A DNA stretch of 64,000 nucleotides from contig CAWGXH010000004.1 in NCBI GenBank assembly GCA_963826525.1, forward strand, positions 1,184,001 to 1,248,000, given 5' to 3'. Positions within the stretch are counted from its first letter, which is position 1, and every line of letters starts with the position of its first letter. This DNA is from an uncultured Methanomicrobiaceae archaeon. Its GTDB lineage: Archaea; Halobacteriota; Methanomicrobia; Methanomicrobiales; Methanoculleaceae. Below the pieces are notes generated by a model. That model saw nothing but the letters and a program-made list of their open reading frames with translations. It ran no database searches and was not told where the DNA came from. The position numbers were made by a program, and so were the translations under genes. Shown here piece after piece: positions 41,340 through 52,357 of this stretch.

Positions 41340-44102
41340 TTATTCGATGACGATTGCGGGCTTGAAGGGGAGCGCTCCCGATGCCTTCGGATGATCGCTC
41401 TCGTTTGCGCCCTGGATTCGCACCGGAACACCGAACTCCTTCTCCAGGAACTCGCGTGCCCCTTCGAGGACGGCATGCTCGTCGATCATGGTGCTCAGGA
41501 GCTGCTCCACGAGCTTTGGCGGAAGCCTGAGCACGAGTTTCGTGACCTGCTTTGCGGTCTCCGTCGCCTCTTTACCCCGCCTTCGCATCTGCTCGTCCTT
41601 CATGACCTCCCTGACCACCTGCGTCTTGTCGGTGCTCGCGGCGACCGTCCGGAAGACCTGATGCTTCCAGGCCGGGGCAACGAAGAGGCTGATGGATGCT
41701 GGTGTTATGGGGATGAGCTTCTTGATCGACTCGATATCCTCGACCGTCCGGGCGAGGAGCTCTTCGGCGAGCTCGATCTCCGGATTGATACGTGCCTCGT
41801 CGGTGACCGGCCAGGCTGCAAAGGAGATCATCCCGGACTCTCCGAGGTCGTTCCAGAGAGCCTCGCAGGTAAAGGGGATGAACGGAGCGAGGAGCCGTAC
41901 CCAGACCCTGCAGAGGTCGTCGAGCACCGCTCCGCCGCTCGTCCCCTCCGGGAGGCGACGGCGGTACCATTTGAGGTCGGACTCGATCCCGAAGAAGGCC
42001 TCCTGGAGCGCCTGCCGGGTCTGGAACGACTCGAACGCTGCGGTCACGGCAGTGATACGCTGCTGGAGCCTGCTCTGCAGCCACGGATCGATCGCAGACG
42101 AACCCTCCGCGCCGCGTGCTTCCTGCACGGTGTTCCAGAAGCGCTCGATCTGCCGCCGTGTCGAGGAGACAAGTTCGTTCCGCCAGTCGAAGTCCTGCCA
42201 CGGCTCTGCACTCCCGACGAGGAACATCCTGACGGTGTCGGCACCGAACTCCTCGAGCGCATCCTCGAGCAGGAAGACATTCCCCTTGCTCGAGGACATC
42301 TTCGCCCCGTTCAAGAGACCCATGCCGAAGACGACCATTCCCTTCGGCTGCAGTTCCTCCGGGAAGATTGCCCTGTGGTGGAAGAGCTGGAAGGTGAGGT
42401 GGTTTGAGATGAGGTCCTTTGCACTGAACCGGTACTGGTACGGGTACCAGTAGAGGAACTCGCTCCTGAGCTTCTCCAGCGTCTCGCGATCGACGGTCTC
42501 GGGAGACCCTTCGCCGAGGAAGATGTACTCGAAGACCTCCGGGGTGAGTTTCTCGGGTGCAATCGCCCTGAGGTGGTGGGCGATGGTATAGTAGGCCATG
42601 TAGATCGTCGAGTCGGAGAGCGGTTCGATGATCCAGGCAGGATCCCAGGGAAGTTTCGTCCCGAGACCGACCCGCCGGGTGCATGCCCAGTCCTTCAGCC
42701 AGTCGACCGTCCGGTCGAACTCCGCCCGGACCTCGGCGGGAACAAGCGACATCTCCGCAAGCTGATCGTGCACCTCCGCCTTCCATGCGGGGTCGCTGTA
42801 CTCGAGGAACCACTGGTCGTGCAGAATCCGCACGAAGACCCGGCCGCCGCACCGGCAGACGACCTGACGGATATCGAACTCGTACATGACGATCGAGCCG
42901 TGCTCTTCGAGCATCGTCGCGGCGACGGTGTCTCTCGCCTCACGGACGGGTCTGCCGCCGTACTTCTCGTGGAGTCGGCCGCGGGAGAACTCGGCGCTGT
43001 AGACCTCCTGGGTGAGCGCCTCCATCCCGGGGTCGTTCTGGTCGGTGATTCCTGCGCGCTCGACGGCATCCCGTGCCGGGAACTCTCCGTAACCGTCGAC
43101 GCTGATGAGGGAGATAGGTTTGATACCGGTATACTTCCCCTGCTGCTGCAGGTCACGGAGGGCGATATAATCGAACGGGGCGTGGGCGGGCACGCTCATG
43201 ACGATCCCGCTGCCCATATCGGGGTCGACGAAGCAGGCGGGGAGGATGGGAACCTCGCCCGAGAGGGGGTGGGAGACGGTCTTGCCGATGAGATCGGTGC
43301 CGGGGACCGTCTCCAGCACGAAGACCTCGTGGTCCTGGAGACCGATCTTCTCGGCCGCCTCGGGACTAACGATCCACTCCTGACCGTCGACCTTCACCCG
43401 GACATACGTGGTGCCGGGGTTGACCCAGAGATTCGTCACGCCGTAGGTCGTCTCGGGCCTGAGCGTGGCGCACGGTATCAGGGCGTCGCCGAGCCGGAAC
43501 ATCACCAGCGTGAACTTGATGATCTCCGCTTTGTCGCCCTCGAGGAGGTCGTGGTCGCCGACCGGGTTCTCGCACTGGGGGCAGTACTTGACGGGGTGAG
43601 CGCCCCTGACGACATGCTCCTCTTCGTGCAGGTGCTTGTACTGCCACTCGATGAACTTGCTGTACTGGGGGTCGACGGTGATGAACCGCCGCCGCCAGTC
43701 GATCGAGAGGCCGCAGCGCTGCATGACCCGCTTGTACTCCTCGCTGAAGTACCGGACGATCTCCATCGGATCGACGAACCGGTCGAGGAGATCCTGGGGG
43801 ACCCTGTAGAGGTCACGGTACAGCCCTACGGTCTTCTTATCGCCGCTCGCGATCCTTTTAGAGATCCCGATGACGGGTGTCCCCGTGACATGAAAGGCCA
43901 TCGGGAAGAGCACCTGCTTTCCGGTCATCCGCCTGAACCGTGCAAGCACGTCGGGCACGATGTAGGTGCGCCCGTGGCCGACGTGCATGGCGCCGCTCGG
44001 ATACGGATAGGCTACCGTGAGGTAGAACTTCTCTTTGTCTGCGGGATCGGCTTCAAAGGCGTGATCCCATCGCTGAATCAGCTCTTTCTCAGTATATCGC
44101 AT
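41340..44102 (-). CDS. leuS: Leucine--tRNA ligase (archaeal type)
   Basis: YPYPSGAMHVGH, TLRPET editing domain, KMSSSKGN, PFKPAIVIE. Confidence 0.97.
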   Translation of the reverse strand: MRYTEKELIQRWDHAFEADPADKEKFYLTVAYPYPSGAMHVGHGRTYIVPDVLARFRRMTGKQVLFPMAFHVTGTPVIGISKRIASGDKKTVGLYRDLYRVPQDLLDRFVDPMEIVRYFSEEYKRVMQRCGLSIDWRRRFITVDPQYSKFIEWQYKHLHEEEHVVRGAHPVKYCPQCENPVGDHDLLEGDKAEIIKFTLVMFRLGDALIPCATLRPETTYGVTNLWVNPGTTYVRVKVDGQEWIVSPEAAEKIGLQDHEVFVLETVPGTDLIGKTVSHPLSGEVPILPACFVDPDMGSGIVMSVPAHAPFDYIALRDLQQQGKYTGIKPISLISVDGYGEFPARDAVERAGITDQNDPGMEALTQEVYSAEFSRGRLHEKYGGRPVREARDTVAATMLEEHGSIVMYEFDIRQVVCRCGGRVFVRILHDQWFLEYSDPAWKAEVHDQLAEMSLVPAEVRAEFDRTVDWLKDWACTRRVGLGTKLPWDPAWIIEPLSDSTIYMAYYTIAHHLRAIAPEKLTPEVFEYIFLGEGSPETVDRETLEKLRSEFLYWYPYQYRFSAKDLISNHLTFQLFHHRAIFPEELQPKGMVVFGMGLLNGAKMSSSKGNVFLLEDALEEFGADTVRMFLVGSAEPWQDFDWRNELVSSTRRQIERFWNTVQEARGAEGSSAIDPWLQSRLQQRITAVTAAFESFQTRQALQEAFFGIESDLKWYRRRLPEGTSGGAVLDDLCRVWVRLLAPFIPFTCEALWNDLGESGMISFAAWPVTDEARINPEIELAEELLARTVEDIESIKKLIPITPASISLFVAPAWKHQVFRTVAASTDKTQVVREVMKDEQMRRRGKEATETAKQVTKLVLRLPPKLVEQLLSTMIDEHAVLEGAREFLEKEFGVPVRIQGANESDHPKASGALPFKPAIVIE

Positions 44103-44159
44103 ATCAAGTCCGCTCAACAAAACTCCTCCGAAATTCGCTCCTCTCCATACTCCCTTGAA

Positions 44160-46028
44160 TCACACGGGCCGCAGTCGGATCGTCTCTCCTTCGTTGTACC
44201 GCTTGATCATTTCCTGCGCAATGGTGCTGTTTTTGGCGAGCAGGATATCGCCTTCATCGTTGACCGTGGCCGTGAAGAGGTATTCCTTCCCGGCGAAGAC
44301 GTCGACGATCTTACCTTTGTGCTCGGGTGATACGATCGTCAGCTGCTTTTTATCGATGCGGATCCTGATGCCGCCGCTTATCTGCATCTCCTCTTCGACC
44401 GGTTTCTTCGTCTCAAGCTCGCTTCTCGGCCTGATATCGATCCCGATCCCGAGTTTGTTCACGATAGCGGCGATGTTTTTACCGCCCTTGCCGATGGCGG
44501 CGGGAACGTCCTTGTCCTCGATGTAGACGATCGCCTTGTTATCGTTCACGATCCGGACGTCGATTGCGCCGTCCGTATACCTGCCGATCTCCCGCTGGAT
44601 GTCCTTCTCAGCGAGCCTCCAGGAGACGTTCTCCTCGGGTTCGGACACGGCCGGAGCAGGCTGTTCCGGTTCCTCGCGAGCCTGTCTGATCGGCATGACG
44701 AACGTCTCCCCTTCGTAGCGGAAGACCTCGATCTCCACCTCGCGCCGGGTGTACTCACGGACGGTGATGACCGGCCGCATCTGCATATCGCCGCTCATGC
44801 CCTCAGGCACTTTGATCGTCAGATCGAGGTCGTAGATCATGGTGATCTCGCCCTTCGAGACGAATATGATCGTATTGATGATCTGCGGCAGGACACTGTA
44901 GTCGACGCGGTCGCAGAACCGCTGCAGTGCGTCGTGAACACCCATGGCATGCACGACGCCGACCATGCCCATGCCGGCAAGCCGCATATCGGAGTAGACA
45001 CTGAAATCCTCGCTCTTTCGGAGCTCGTCGAAGATAACGTAGTCGGGGCGGACGAGGAGGAGAACCTCGGCCGTGTTCGCCATGCTCCCGTCAAGCGCCG
45101 TGTACTGCGTAATGTGGTCCGGCACCTGCAGGTCCCGCGGAGCCTCCATGGTCTTGACGATGAAGTCGTGGTCGGCGAGGAATGTGGCGAGGCTCTGGGC
45201 AAGGGTCGTCTTTCCGGCTCCCGGAGGTCCGGCGATGGGTACACCCCTGCGGTTTCCGAGGATCCGCCGCTTGATCTCGGGAGCCATGTTGTAGTCGTCG
45301 AGGGAGATATCCACGAGCGGACGCACCGCCGTGATCTCCATTCCGTCGGCGAAGGGCCTCCGTGCAATCGCGATCCGGAGGGAGCCGATCTGCACCACCG
45401 TTATGCCGCGCTTCTCCACCTCGATGAAACCGTCCGGGTCGCGCTTGGCACGCTCGAGAATCTCCTGAGCCATGTGGCGGAGCTCGTGTTCGGAGAGTGG
45501 ATTGTCCCGGAGCGTCACCAGTCTCATATCTTTGAGTTTTCCCTTCTTCGCGATGGGAGGGACGCGCTCCTTGAGGGTTACTGCGATCGTCTCCTCATCG
45601 AAGAACTGATCGATCGAGAGCGGGGAGAAATCGCCGATCTGCGGGCGGAGATAGAGGACGTCAAGTCCTTTCGCTTTTGCGACCTCCGCCTGGACGAGGT
45701 CGCTCGTGATGAACTTCGCATCATGCTGGAGGGCGACGTTCCGGATCAGTGCGTCGATCTCACCGCCGCTTGAGAGTTTCACCTGCTCGAGGCTCGGACG
45801 ATCGCCGGCAAACTTCAGCTCGATGATCTTCTCACCCATCATTCTATAGAGTTGCTGCAGCTCGTTTAAACCGGAGAAGCCGATCTCGCGTCCCTGGTTG
45901 GCCTGTGCCTCGAGCTCCGCGACGACTGCCTCGGGTATGATTATTGTTGCGCCTGTATAGTCACCTGTTTTTATCATTGAGGTGATGCGCCCGTCTATTA
46001 CGACGCTTGTATCGGGTACAATTATCAT
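44160..46028 (-). CDS. PINc/VapC-family ATPase (PINA: PIN + P-loop ATPase + KH)
   Basis: VPDTSVVID PIN start, GPPGAGKT Walker A, IFDE Walker B, IGKGG KH motif. Confidence 0.92.
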   Translation of the reverse strand: MIIVPDTSVVIDGRITSMIKTGDYTGATIIIPEAVVAELEAQANQGREIGFSGLNELQQLYRMMGEKIIELKFAGDRPSLEQVKLSSGGEIDALIRNVALQHDAKFITSDLVQAEVAKAKGLDVLYLRPQIGDFSPLSIDQFFDEETIAVTLKERVPPIAKKGKLKDMRLVTLRDNPLSEHELRHMAQEILERAKRDPDGFIEVEKRGITVVQIGSLRIAIARRPFADGMEITAVRPLVDISLDDYNMAPEIKRRILGNRRGVPIAGPPGAGKTTLAQSLATFLADHDFIVKTMEAPRDLQVPDHITQYTALDGSMANTAEVLLLVRPDYVIFDELRKSEDFSVYSDMRLAGMGMVGVVHAMGVHDALQRFCDRVDYSVLPQIINTIIFVSKGEITMIYDLDLTIKVPEGMSGDMQMRPVITVREYTRREVEIEVFRYEGETFVMPIRQAREEPEQPAPAVSEPEENVSWRLAEKDIQREIGRYTDGAIDVRIVNDNKAIVYIEDKDVPAAIGKGGKNIAAIVNKLGIGIDIRPRSELETKKPVEEEMQISGGIRIRIDKKQLTIVSPEHKGKIVDVFAGKEYLFTATVNDEGDILLAKNSTIAQEMIKRYNEGETIRLRPV

Positions 46029-46052
46029 AAAAATATCACCATATAGTTGAGG

Positions 46053-46419
46053 TCATTCACCCTTATTAGCATATACCTTCTCTGGATCAAAGACTTTCCC
46101 GGAGATCTCTTCTCCGTCGATGGTTCGATAGAAGCAGACTCATATGGCCGGTATGGCAGGCCGCGCCCTGCTGCTCCACCAGGTAGAGGATGGCGTCCTC
46201 GTCGCAGTCGGTCAGGATCCTGACGATTCGCTGCACATGACCGCTCTCTTCGCCTTTTTTCCAGATCTTTTGTCTGCTCCTGCTATAGTAATGAGCATAC
46301 CCGGTATCTCTGGTACGTTTCAGTGCCGCATCGTTAGCATAGGCGAGCATCAGCACCTCGCGGGTGGTCGAGTCCTGTACTATAACGGGCACCAGGCCAC
46401 CGTCAAAGTTGATTGTCAT
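46053..46419 (-). CDS. hisI: Phosphoribosyl-AMP cyclohydrolase; indel near 46140
   Basis: [27 protein letters not shown]; corrected C-terminus VFDPEKVY. Confidence 0.93.
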
Positions 46420-46425
46420 ATCGTA

Positions 46426-47211
46426 TCACATTCCTGCAAGCGCCTTTATGATCCAGTAGAGGATATCTCCTATGAAGAGTGCTGCTATGAACCCTGCCGT
46501 GATCGGGATGATGAACGGTATGCCGTACGAGATCCAGACCTGTCCGGCTTTCCGGTACAGTGCAAGTTCTTCCCGGTAGCGCTCGGGGTAGAGCCGCAGA
46601 TCCTTTGTATACCTGCGCCGGTTTCCTGTCGCCATGCGCCGGAGCGTCTCGCCGAATCCGACGAAGCGCCGCTCCACGGTTCCGTCCCGCTCCTCGATAT
46701 CTTCCATCACGAAGCCGAACGTATTCTGGATCTCCTTTCCGTCCACCGGAAAGCCGAGAAACAGGTAGGGAAGCGGAGCTCTGTTCCTCTCCGAGATATT
46801 TTTCAGGAATATCAGAGCGGGTGCGGCAATGTTCAGGAGAACGGCGTTTCCGAGCACGGTAAATGGAAAGAATCCGTGAGGTGGAATGCCGAGGAGCGGA
46901 TCTATTGGGAAGAACGGCATAGCCGCGGTGATGATGATGAGGGCGTAGGCGTCGGCACCCCCGAACATGTTATAGGCGGCAAATGCGTAAAAAAATCCGC
47001 AGAACAGGGCGACCATGATGAGATAGGCCGCAGCCATCCGCCAGTCGGCAAGGAGTGTCGTGCCGTACACCAGGAGTGCCATCGGTGCGGCGATCAGCAG
47101 TGCCGGGCGCCAGGTCTTGTGCGGCACCCGGCGTTCACGCAGGTCCCGATACGATGCATAGAGCAGGGTAGCGCCTATGGCGACTGCAGTAATTGCGAGC
47201 GGCAGAATCAT
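46426..47211 (-). CDS. Prepilin/preflagellin peptidase, A24 family (PibD/FlaK-like)
   Basis: YASYRD (Asp1), FGGADA (GxGD-like Asp2), C-terminal VWISYGIPFIIPI. Confidence 0.9.
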   Translation of the reverse strand: MILPLAITAVAIGATLLYASYRDLRERRVPHKTWRPALLIAAPMALLVYGTTLLADWRMAAAYLIMVALFCGFFYAFAAYNMFGGADAYALIIITAAMPFFPIDPLLGIPPHGFFPFTVLGNAVLLNIAAPALIFLKNISERNRAPLPYLFLGFPVDGKEIQNTFGFVMEDIEERDGTVERRFVGFGETLRRMATGNRRRYTKDLRLYPERYREELALYRKAGQVWISYGIPFIIPITAGFIAALFIGDILYWIIKALAGM

Positions 47212-47529
47212 GGGACGGGTAGAGATATGGGTTTGGTTCCTCATATGTCTGGCGATTTAGCCGCATGTGATGAGACATCTCCCGATGCAGGGATGGTCCG
47301 GGCATGAGCGCCGGTGGCGCGGATGACTCCGAAGCACCTCTGCAGTATCGAAGAAACGTTCTTTGCAGGTTGCCTCCGGGACGGAACGGATCCGTTGGTT
47401 TTTGCCGGATATCTGGCGATTTATTGCCTTCGGGAGCACACAAACTATTAATAATAGTCTGGTCATCTGGTATTGTGTGAGCGACCGATCCTCACGGGGC
47501 TCGGTCGGTACACGTAACTGTCGGTTTAA

Positions 47530-48171
47530 ATGGACGTACGCGGCCTTATAGACGAAATTATCGGGCGGTCGACATACCTTGGGAATTCTTCTCTCGATGA
47601 GATGTTGCGGCACGCTACGGAGCGGACCATCAGCGGTCTCGGCGTAGCGGGGAACGGCAACGCCATATTCGTGCTGGCGGTAGTTGGTGGCGAGCCGGAA
47701 GGCGCTCTCTTTGCCGATGAGAAAGGTTCGCTCTTCGGTGACAAGGCGGTGCTTCAGATCGACGGATCGGAAGAGTTCCGCCTCTACCAGGTTGCGCTGC
47801 CGGTACTCGACGCGCTGGTGGCACGGTGCCGGATATACGACCGGAGCCATCTGAAAAAGAGTGCTCTTGCTGATATCCCGACCATCGAGAGTGGCATGCA
47901 GCAGCGAATAGGAGTGCTCTGCCTGACTGTTGTCAACCATGGTAGGCCGGTTGGTGGGGTGCATGTCTCGCTCAGAAAGGGCAAGCTCGTGATTGCCACC
48001 GATATGACCACTTCCGACGGTTCTGTCTGTTTTAAGCTCTTGAGTGGGCGGTATACGTGTATAGTATCCGATAAAACCGGTGATCTGACCCGGTTTGTCA
48101 TCGACTTCGCAGAGGCGAGGCACGAATCGGTTGTAGATATTGGGGGCACATTCAATGAGGACACAGGATGA
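47530..48171 (+). CDS. Hypothetical protein (DUF2226-like N-domain + transthyretin/carboxypeptidase-regulatory-like C-domain)
   Basis: GEPEGALF..G.LFGDKA N-domain; PVGGVHVSL...TTSDGSVCF.L.SGRY C-domain; overlaps the ATPase start. Confidence 0.65.
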   Translation: MDVRGLIDEIIGRSTYLGNSSLDEMLRHATERTISGLGVAGNGNAIFVLAVVGGEPEGALFADEKGSLFGDKAVLQIDGSEEFRLYQVALPVLDALVARCRIYDRSHLKKSALADIPTIESGMQQRIGVLCLTVVNHGRPVGGVHVSLRKGKLVIATDMTTSDGSVCFKLLSGRYTCIVSDKTGDLTRFVIDFAEARHESVVDIGGTFNEDTG

Positions 48172-50386
48172 TTCTGAAGACGAGTTAATTGCAGCAGTAA
48201 AAAACGTTCTTGCGCAGAGCAGTACGTCGAATGAGGGGGGTGAACCTGCCGGAACCTCGCAAAGCGAGGATCTGCCCCGGGATGCGGTTCCTCTCCCCGG
48301 CGGGGTGGATTCTCCGGATACGCCTCCTCCCGCTGCAAATGCAGAGGTAAAGAGGAACTTCCGATCCATCGTTGATGCCGTCCTCGCGCAATCGGGAGGG
48401 GCGATGGGCGGTCAGGCGAGGAGCCCCGCCGCTGCTCCGAAAAAACCGGATGCCGGCGTTCCCCCGGAGACACGCGAGGGGCTCCTTGGCATGGCAAAGA
48501 GCCTTGCCCGGGAGTCACCTGCACCGGAGAGCGTGAGCGAGGAGGATGTCGGTGTGATCTCGGTCGACGATCTTGGGCACCTTGCCGATCTGATCCTTCC
48601 GAAGAGTGCGACGTTCGACGTCGACGATCTGCGTATCACCAGGAACGTGCACCATTTTGACTTCGCAGACGACGACCGGGTGGCTTCGGAGTTCGACGAC
48701 ATCTTCTCCGAGGCCTTCTCAGCGGCTGCGGTCAGTGACGCGGCAATCGGAGTGGCTGGTCCCCCCGAGGACGAGGAGCGCTCGCGCTTCGGCATGATCC
48801 GGAAGATGCGCCTGCCGAAGGTTCGGAGCGTTGTTGAGGAGTACAACCAGAAGGTTCACGGCCCTCTTGTCAATATGGCCTTCCGGGCCGCACAGGGGGT
48901 TGAAGAGATCGAGACGTACCCCGTAAACGAACCGTATGCATTCATCCGGGTGACGTACGACAATTCGACCCACGAGTACACCTATCATGTCATCGAGCCC
49001 GAGCTGAACGACGCGGAGAGGGAGCTCCTGGGAGAGATCAAGGAGCGGCTCTTTGAAACACTCGATATCACCGCCCGGGATATGACCCGCGACGCGGCAC
49101 GTCAGGCTCTCCGGGATGCATCCAATACGATAATCGCCGACTACAACATCAACCTGCAGCCCGCGGAGCGGGAGAAAGTCCTCTATAATGTGGAGAAGGA
49201 GTTCCTCGGCGACGGGCTCATCGACTCTATCATGCACGACAAGTACATCGAAGATATCTCGTGCGACGGCGTGAAGAGCACGATCTTCGTCTACCATACG
49301 ACCTACGAGTCGATGAAGACCAACCTGATGTACAGTACCGCTCAGAGCCTCGACTCGTTCGTCACGAAACTCGCACAGCGGGCCGGGAAGTACATCTCCA
49401 TCGCCGAACCGATGCTCGACGCCACCATGAACGACGGATCGCGTATCCAGATGACGCTCGGTTCGGAGGTCACCGCCCACGGTTCGACCTTTACGATCCG
49501 AAAGTTCCGGGAGGAGCCGATCACTCCGACCGACCTTATCGAGTGGCATACCTTCTCGCCGCTCGGCATTGCGTTCCTCTGGCTGGCGGTCGAGAGCGGG
49601 AAATCCTGTATCTTTGCGGGCGGAACGGCTTCGGGGAAGACCACGACCCTGAATGCTATCTCGCTCTTCATACCGCCGATGGTCAAGATCGTCACGCTCG
49701 AGGATACCCGGGAACTGAAACTTCCGCATCCGAACTGGATCCCGAGCATCACCCGTGATTCGTTCTCAAGTGACGGGCGGGGAGAGATCGACATGTACGA
49801 GCTTCTCCGTGCGGCACTCCGGCAGCGCCCCGAGTATATCCTGGTCGGTGAGGTCAGGGGCAAGGAGGCACTGACGCTCTTCCAGGCGATGAGCACCGGC
49901 CACGTCACCTATGCGACGATGCACGCCGATTCGGTGGCAAGCGCTGTTCACCGGCTCGAAAACCCGCCGATCGGTGTTCCGCGCAATATGCTCTCTGCAT
50001 TAAACCTCATCTCAATCCAGGTCCAGGGACGGGTGGGCGGTCAGCGGATCCGGCGGAACAAACAGCTCATCGAGATCCTCGATATCGACCCGAGGACGAA
50101 TGAACTGATAACGAACGAGGTCTTCCGGTGGCATCCGGCGACCGACGAGATACGCTACTCCGGCAAATCCTATATCCTCGAGCAGATCATGGAGGATCGC
50201 GGCTGGAGCGACGAGCGAATGCGTGAAGAGCTGAAACGCCGGCAGGAAGTCCTTGAGTGGATGCGGCTCAAAAAGATCCGCCACTACCAGGACGTCGCGA
50301 AGATTCTCATCTCCTACTTCCGCGATCCCGAGACGGTCATCCAGCGTGTCAGAACCGATCTCTACGGCGAGAGAGGTGCGGCATGA
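48155..50386 (+). CDS. Type II/IV secretion system ATPase (FlaI/PilB/TadA, VirB11-like) with long acidic N-terminal extension
   Basis: IEDISCDG, GGTASGKT, LEDTREL (Asp box), LRQRPEYILVGEVRG, STGH..ATMHA (His box). Confidence 0.94.
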   Translation: MRTQDDSEDELIAAVKNVLAQSSTSNEGGEPAGTSQSEDLPRDAVPLPGGVDSPDTPPPAANAEVKRNFRSIVDAVLAQSGGAMGGQARSPAAAPKKPDAGVPPETREGLLGMAKSLARESPAPESVSEEDVGVISVDDLGHLADLILPKSATFDVDDLRITRNVHHFDFADDDRVASEFDDIFSEAFSAAAVSDAAIGVAGPPEDEERSRFGMIRKMRLPKVRSVVEEYNQKVHGPLVNMAFRAAQGVEEIETYPVNEPYAFIRVTYDNSTHEYTYHVIEPELNDAERELLGEIKERLFETLDITARDMTRDAARQALRDASNTIIADYNINLQPAEREKVLYNVEKEFLGDGLIDSIMHDKYIEDISCDGVKSTIFVYHTTYESMKTNLMYSTAQSLDSFVTKLAQRAGKYISIAEPMLDATMNDGSRIQMTLGSEVTAHGSTFTIRKFREEPITPTDLIEWHTFSPLGIAFLWLAVESGKSCIFAGGTASGKTTTLNAISLFIPPMVKIVTLEDTRELKLPHPNWIPSITRDSFSSDGRGEIDMYELLRAALRQRPEYILVGEVRGKEALTLFQAMSTGHVTYATMHADSVASAVHRLENPPIGVPRNMLSALNLISIQVQGRVGGQRIRRNKQLIEILDIDPRTNELITNEVFRWHPATDEIRYSGKSYILEQIMEDRGWSDERMREELKRRQEVLEWMRLKKIRHYQDVAKILISYFRDPETVIQRVRTDLYGERGAA

Positions 50387-51306
50387 ACGGTTTCGAACGG
50401 TTCTGCTTCAATCTGTTAGGGCCGAGGATGAAGGCCAAACGTGCCGACTACCTCAAGATGAGGAACGACATGATGAGCGCCCGAATGGGCACACCCTTTG
50501 AGGCCTACATGGCGACGGCATACGTCAGCTCGGTTGCGGTCGGCCTCGTCGCCGCTCTGCTGATAGGGTGCGTGACCTACCTGCTTCGGGTGCCCGAGAT
50601 GATCACCTATCGGGGTGCGGTGCCCGAGTTCCTCTACGCCCTCTCGGATTATCGTCTCCTCCTCGGGACGATCATCATCACCGCCTTCTCGCTCGCGATA
50701 TTCGGCGGGATCACCTACCTGATCTTCCTTGTCTATCCGGGGATCACCGCCGGTGAGCGGCGGCGGAATATCGACGCCACGCTGCCCTATGCCATCAACT
50801 ACGTCACGGCCATGTCGACGGCGGGTATCACTCCCGACGAGATCTTCCGCCTCCTCGGCGAGAGCAAAATCTACGGTGAGAGCGCGGTTGAATCCAGGTA
50901 CATCGCACGAGAAGTCGATTTCTTCGGAAAAGATCTCCTCGAAGCGCTCCGTACCGTCTCCACGGTGACGCCAAGCGAGCGGATGAAGGAGTTTCTGCAG
51001 GGTGCGGTCGCAAGCATCTCCAGCGGGAGCAATCTCACCGAGTACTTCCGCACCAAGGCACGGCAGTACTCGCTTGAGAACAACCAGCAGCAGAAGGCAT
51101 TTCTCGAGACCCTCGGGCTGATCGCCGAGTCGTACGTCACCGCCATGGTTGCGGGGATGCTCTTTATGATCATTCTCCAGTCGATCATGACGATCCTCTC
51201 CGGCGACAGTGACCCGTTCCTCCTGTATGTGATCATCTACCTGATCATCCCGTTCGGGAGTGTAATGTTCGTCGTCCTGATCAGCTCGATGACGCCGGAG
51301 GTGTGA
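50383..51306 (+). CDS. Type II secretion F-family membrane platform protein (TadC/FlaJ-like)
   Basis: IDATLPYAINYVTAMSTAG, TPSERM, LGLIAESYVT, 3' TMs; ATGA overlap with the ATPase. Confidence 0.9.
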   Translation: MNGFERFCFNLLGPRMKAKRADYLKMRNDMMSARMGTPFEAYMATAYVSSVAVGLVAALLIGCVTYLLRVPEMITYRGAVPEFLYALSDYRLLLGTIIITAFSLAIFGGITYLIFLVYPGITAGERRRNIDATLPYAINYVTAMSTAGITPDEIFRLLGESKIYGESAVESRYIAREVDFFGKDLLEALRTVSTVTPSERMKEFLQGAVASISSGSNLTEYFRTKARQYSLENNQQQKAFLETLGLIAESYVTAMVAGMLFMIILQSIMTILSGDSDPFLLYVIIYLIIPFGSVMFVVLISSMTPEV

Positions 51307-51309
51307 TAC

Positions 51310-52348
51310 ATGGGATTTAAAGACGTCATGGACAACCTCTTAAATCGCGGCCCTGCCCGGAGCCACGACCTCCCCGACGCCGATCTTGAGACTGTCGAGC
51401 GTCGGCAGCAGGATATCCTCGACAAGATCGAGCATCAGCGCAAGACACGTGTGGGGTTCGGCAAGTTCATCAAAAATCCGGTGAAGTTCCTCACCGAGAA
51501 CCCGGTAAACGTCCTCTACATCTCTGTGCCGCTCGCCCTCGTCCTGCTCGCCGGAGGGTTTGTCACCCTCCTTGCCAATTATGGGATTTCGGTGCTCTTC
51601 TCGACGACAATGGTCGATGATGTGGCCGTCTTTGCCCTTCTCCTTGCCATCATCCCGCTCGCACTCCTGGACTTCAGGGAGTCCCGGCGGGTGAACAGCA
51701 TCGAGGAGTCGCTCCCGAACTTCTTCCGGGATGTCGCGGGGATGAACGACTCGGGAATGACGCTGCCGCATGCCATCCGGATCGTATCGGAGGGTGAGTA
51801 CGGGTACGCTCACGCCCCATATCCGGGAACTCGAGAAAGAGATGTCGTGGAGCGTGCCGTTTGTGGAGGCCATACGCCGGTTCGGCAGCCGGGTGAACAC
51901 CCCGCTCGCTGCACGGAGCGTCGACCTCATCGCTCACGCGAGTGCTGCCGGCGGGGACGTCTCCGAGGTTCTGCGGGCTGCCGCAAACGATGCATATGAG
52001 TTCTTCAACCTGAAGAGCGAGCGGCAGAACAACATGATGATCTATATGATAATCGTTCTGATGTCGTTCTTCGTCTTCCTCTTCGTCATCGGCGTCCTCT
52101 CGAGCACTTTCCTCGCCACCATGGCCGAGGCCGGCAAAGCAGTCTCCTCATCCGGCGCATCGAGTCAGTTCATGGGGTCGGTCAACCTCTTCCTCTACAA
52201 CAGGCTCTTCTGCCACGCCGCGCTTATCCAGGGATTCTTCTCCGGACTTGCCGCCGGTGTTATGGGTGAAGGACGAGTGGTCGCCGGCCTGAAGTATTCG
52301 GCCATGATGGTGATCATTGCCTGGGTTGCGTTCCGTTTCTTTATATAA
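51310..52348 (+). CDS. Second T2SS F-family membrane protein (TadB/TadC-like); indel near 51808
   Basis: IEESLPNFFRDVA...SGMTL..A, GEYG.LT, AGGDVSEVL, QGFFSGL.AG.MGEG...AGLKY. Confidence 0.88.
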
Positions 52349-52357
52349 TCCGTTTCA

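Noticed and set aside
41307-44330. Long antisense ORFs (366 aa and 585 aa opposite leuS; similar ones opposite other genes)
   Set aside because: Expected shadow ORFs in high-GC coding DNA; they have no motifs and mirror the sense-strand codon bias.
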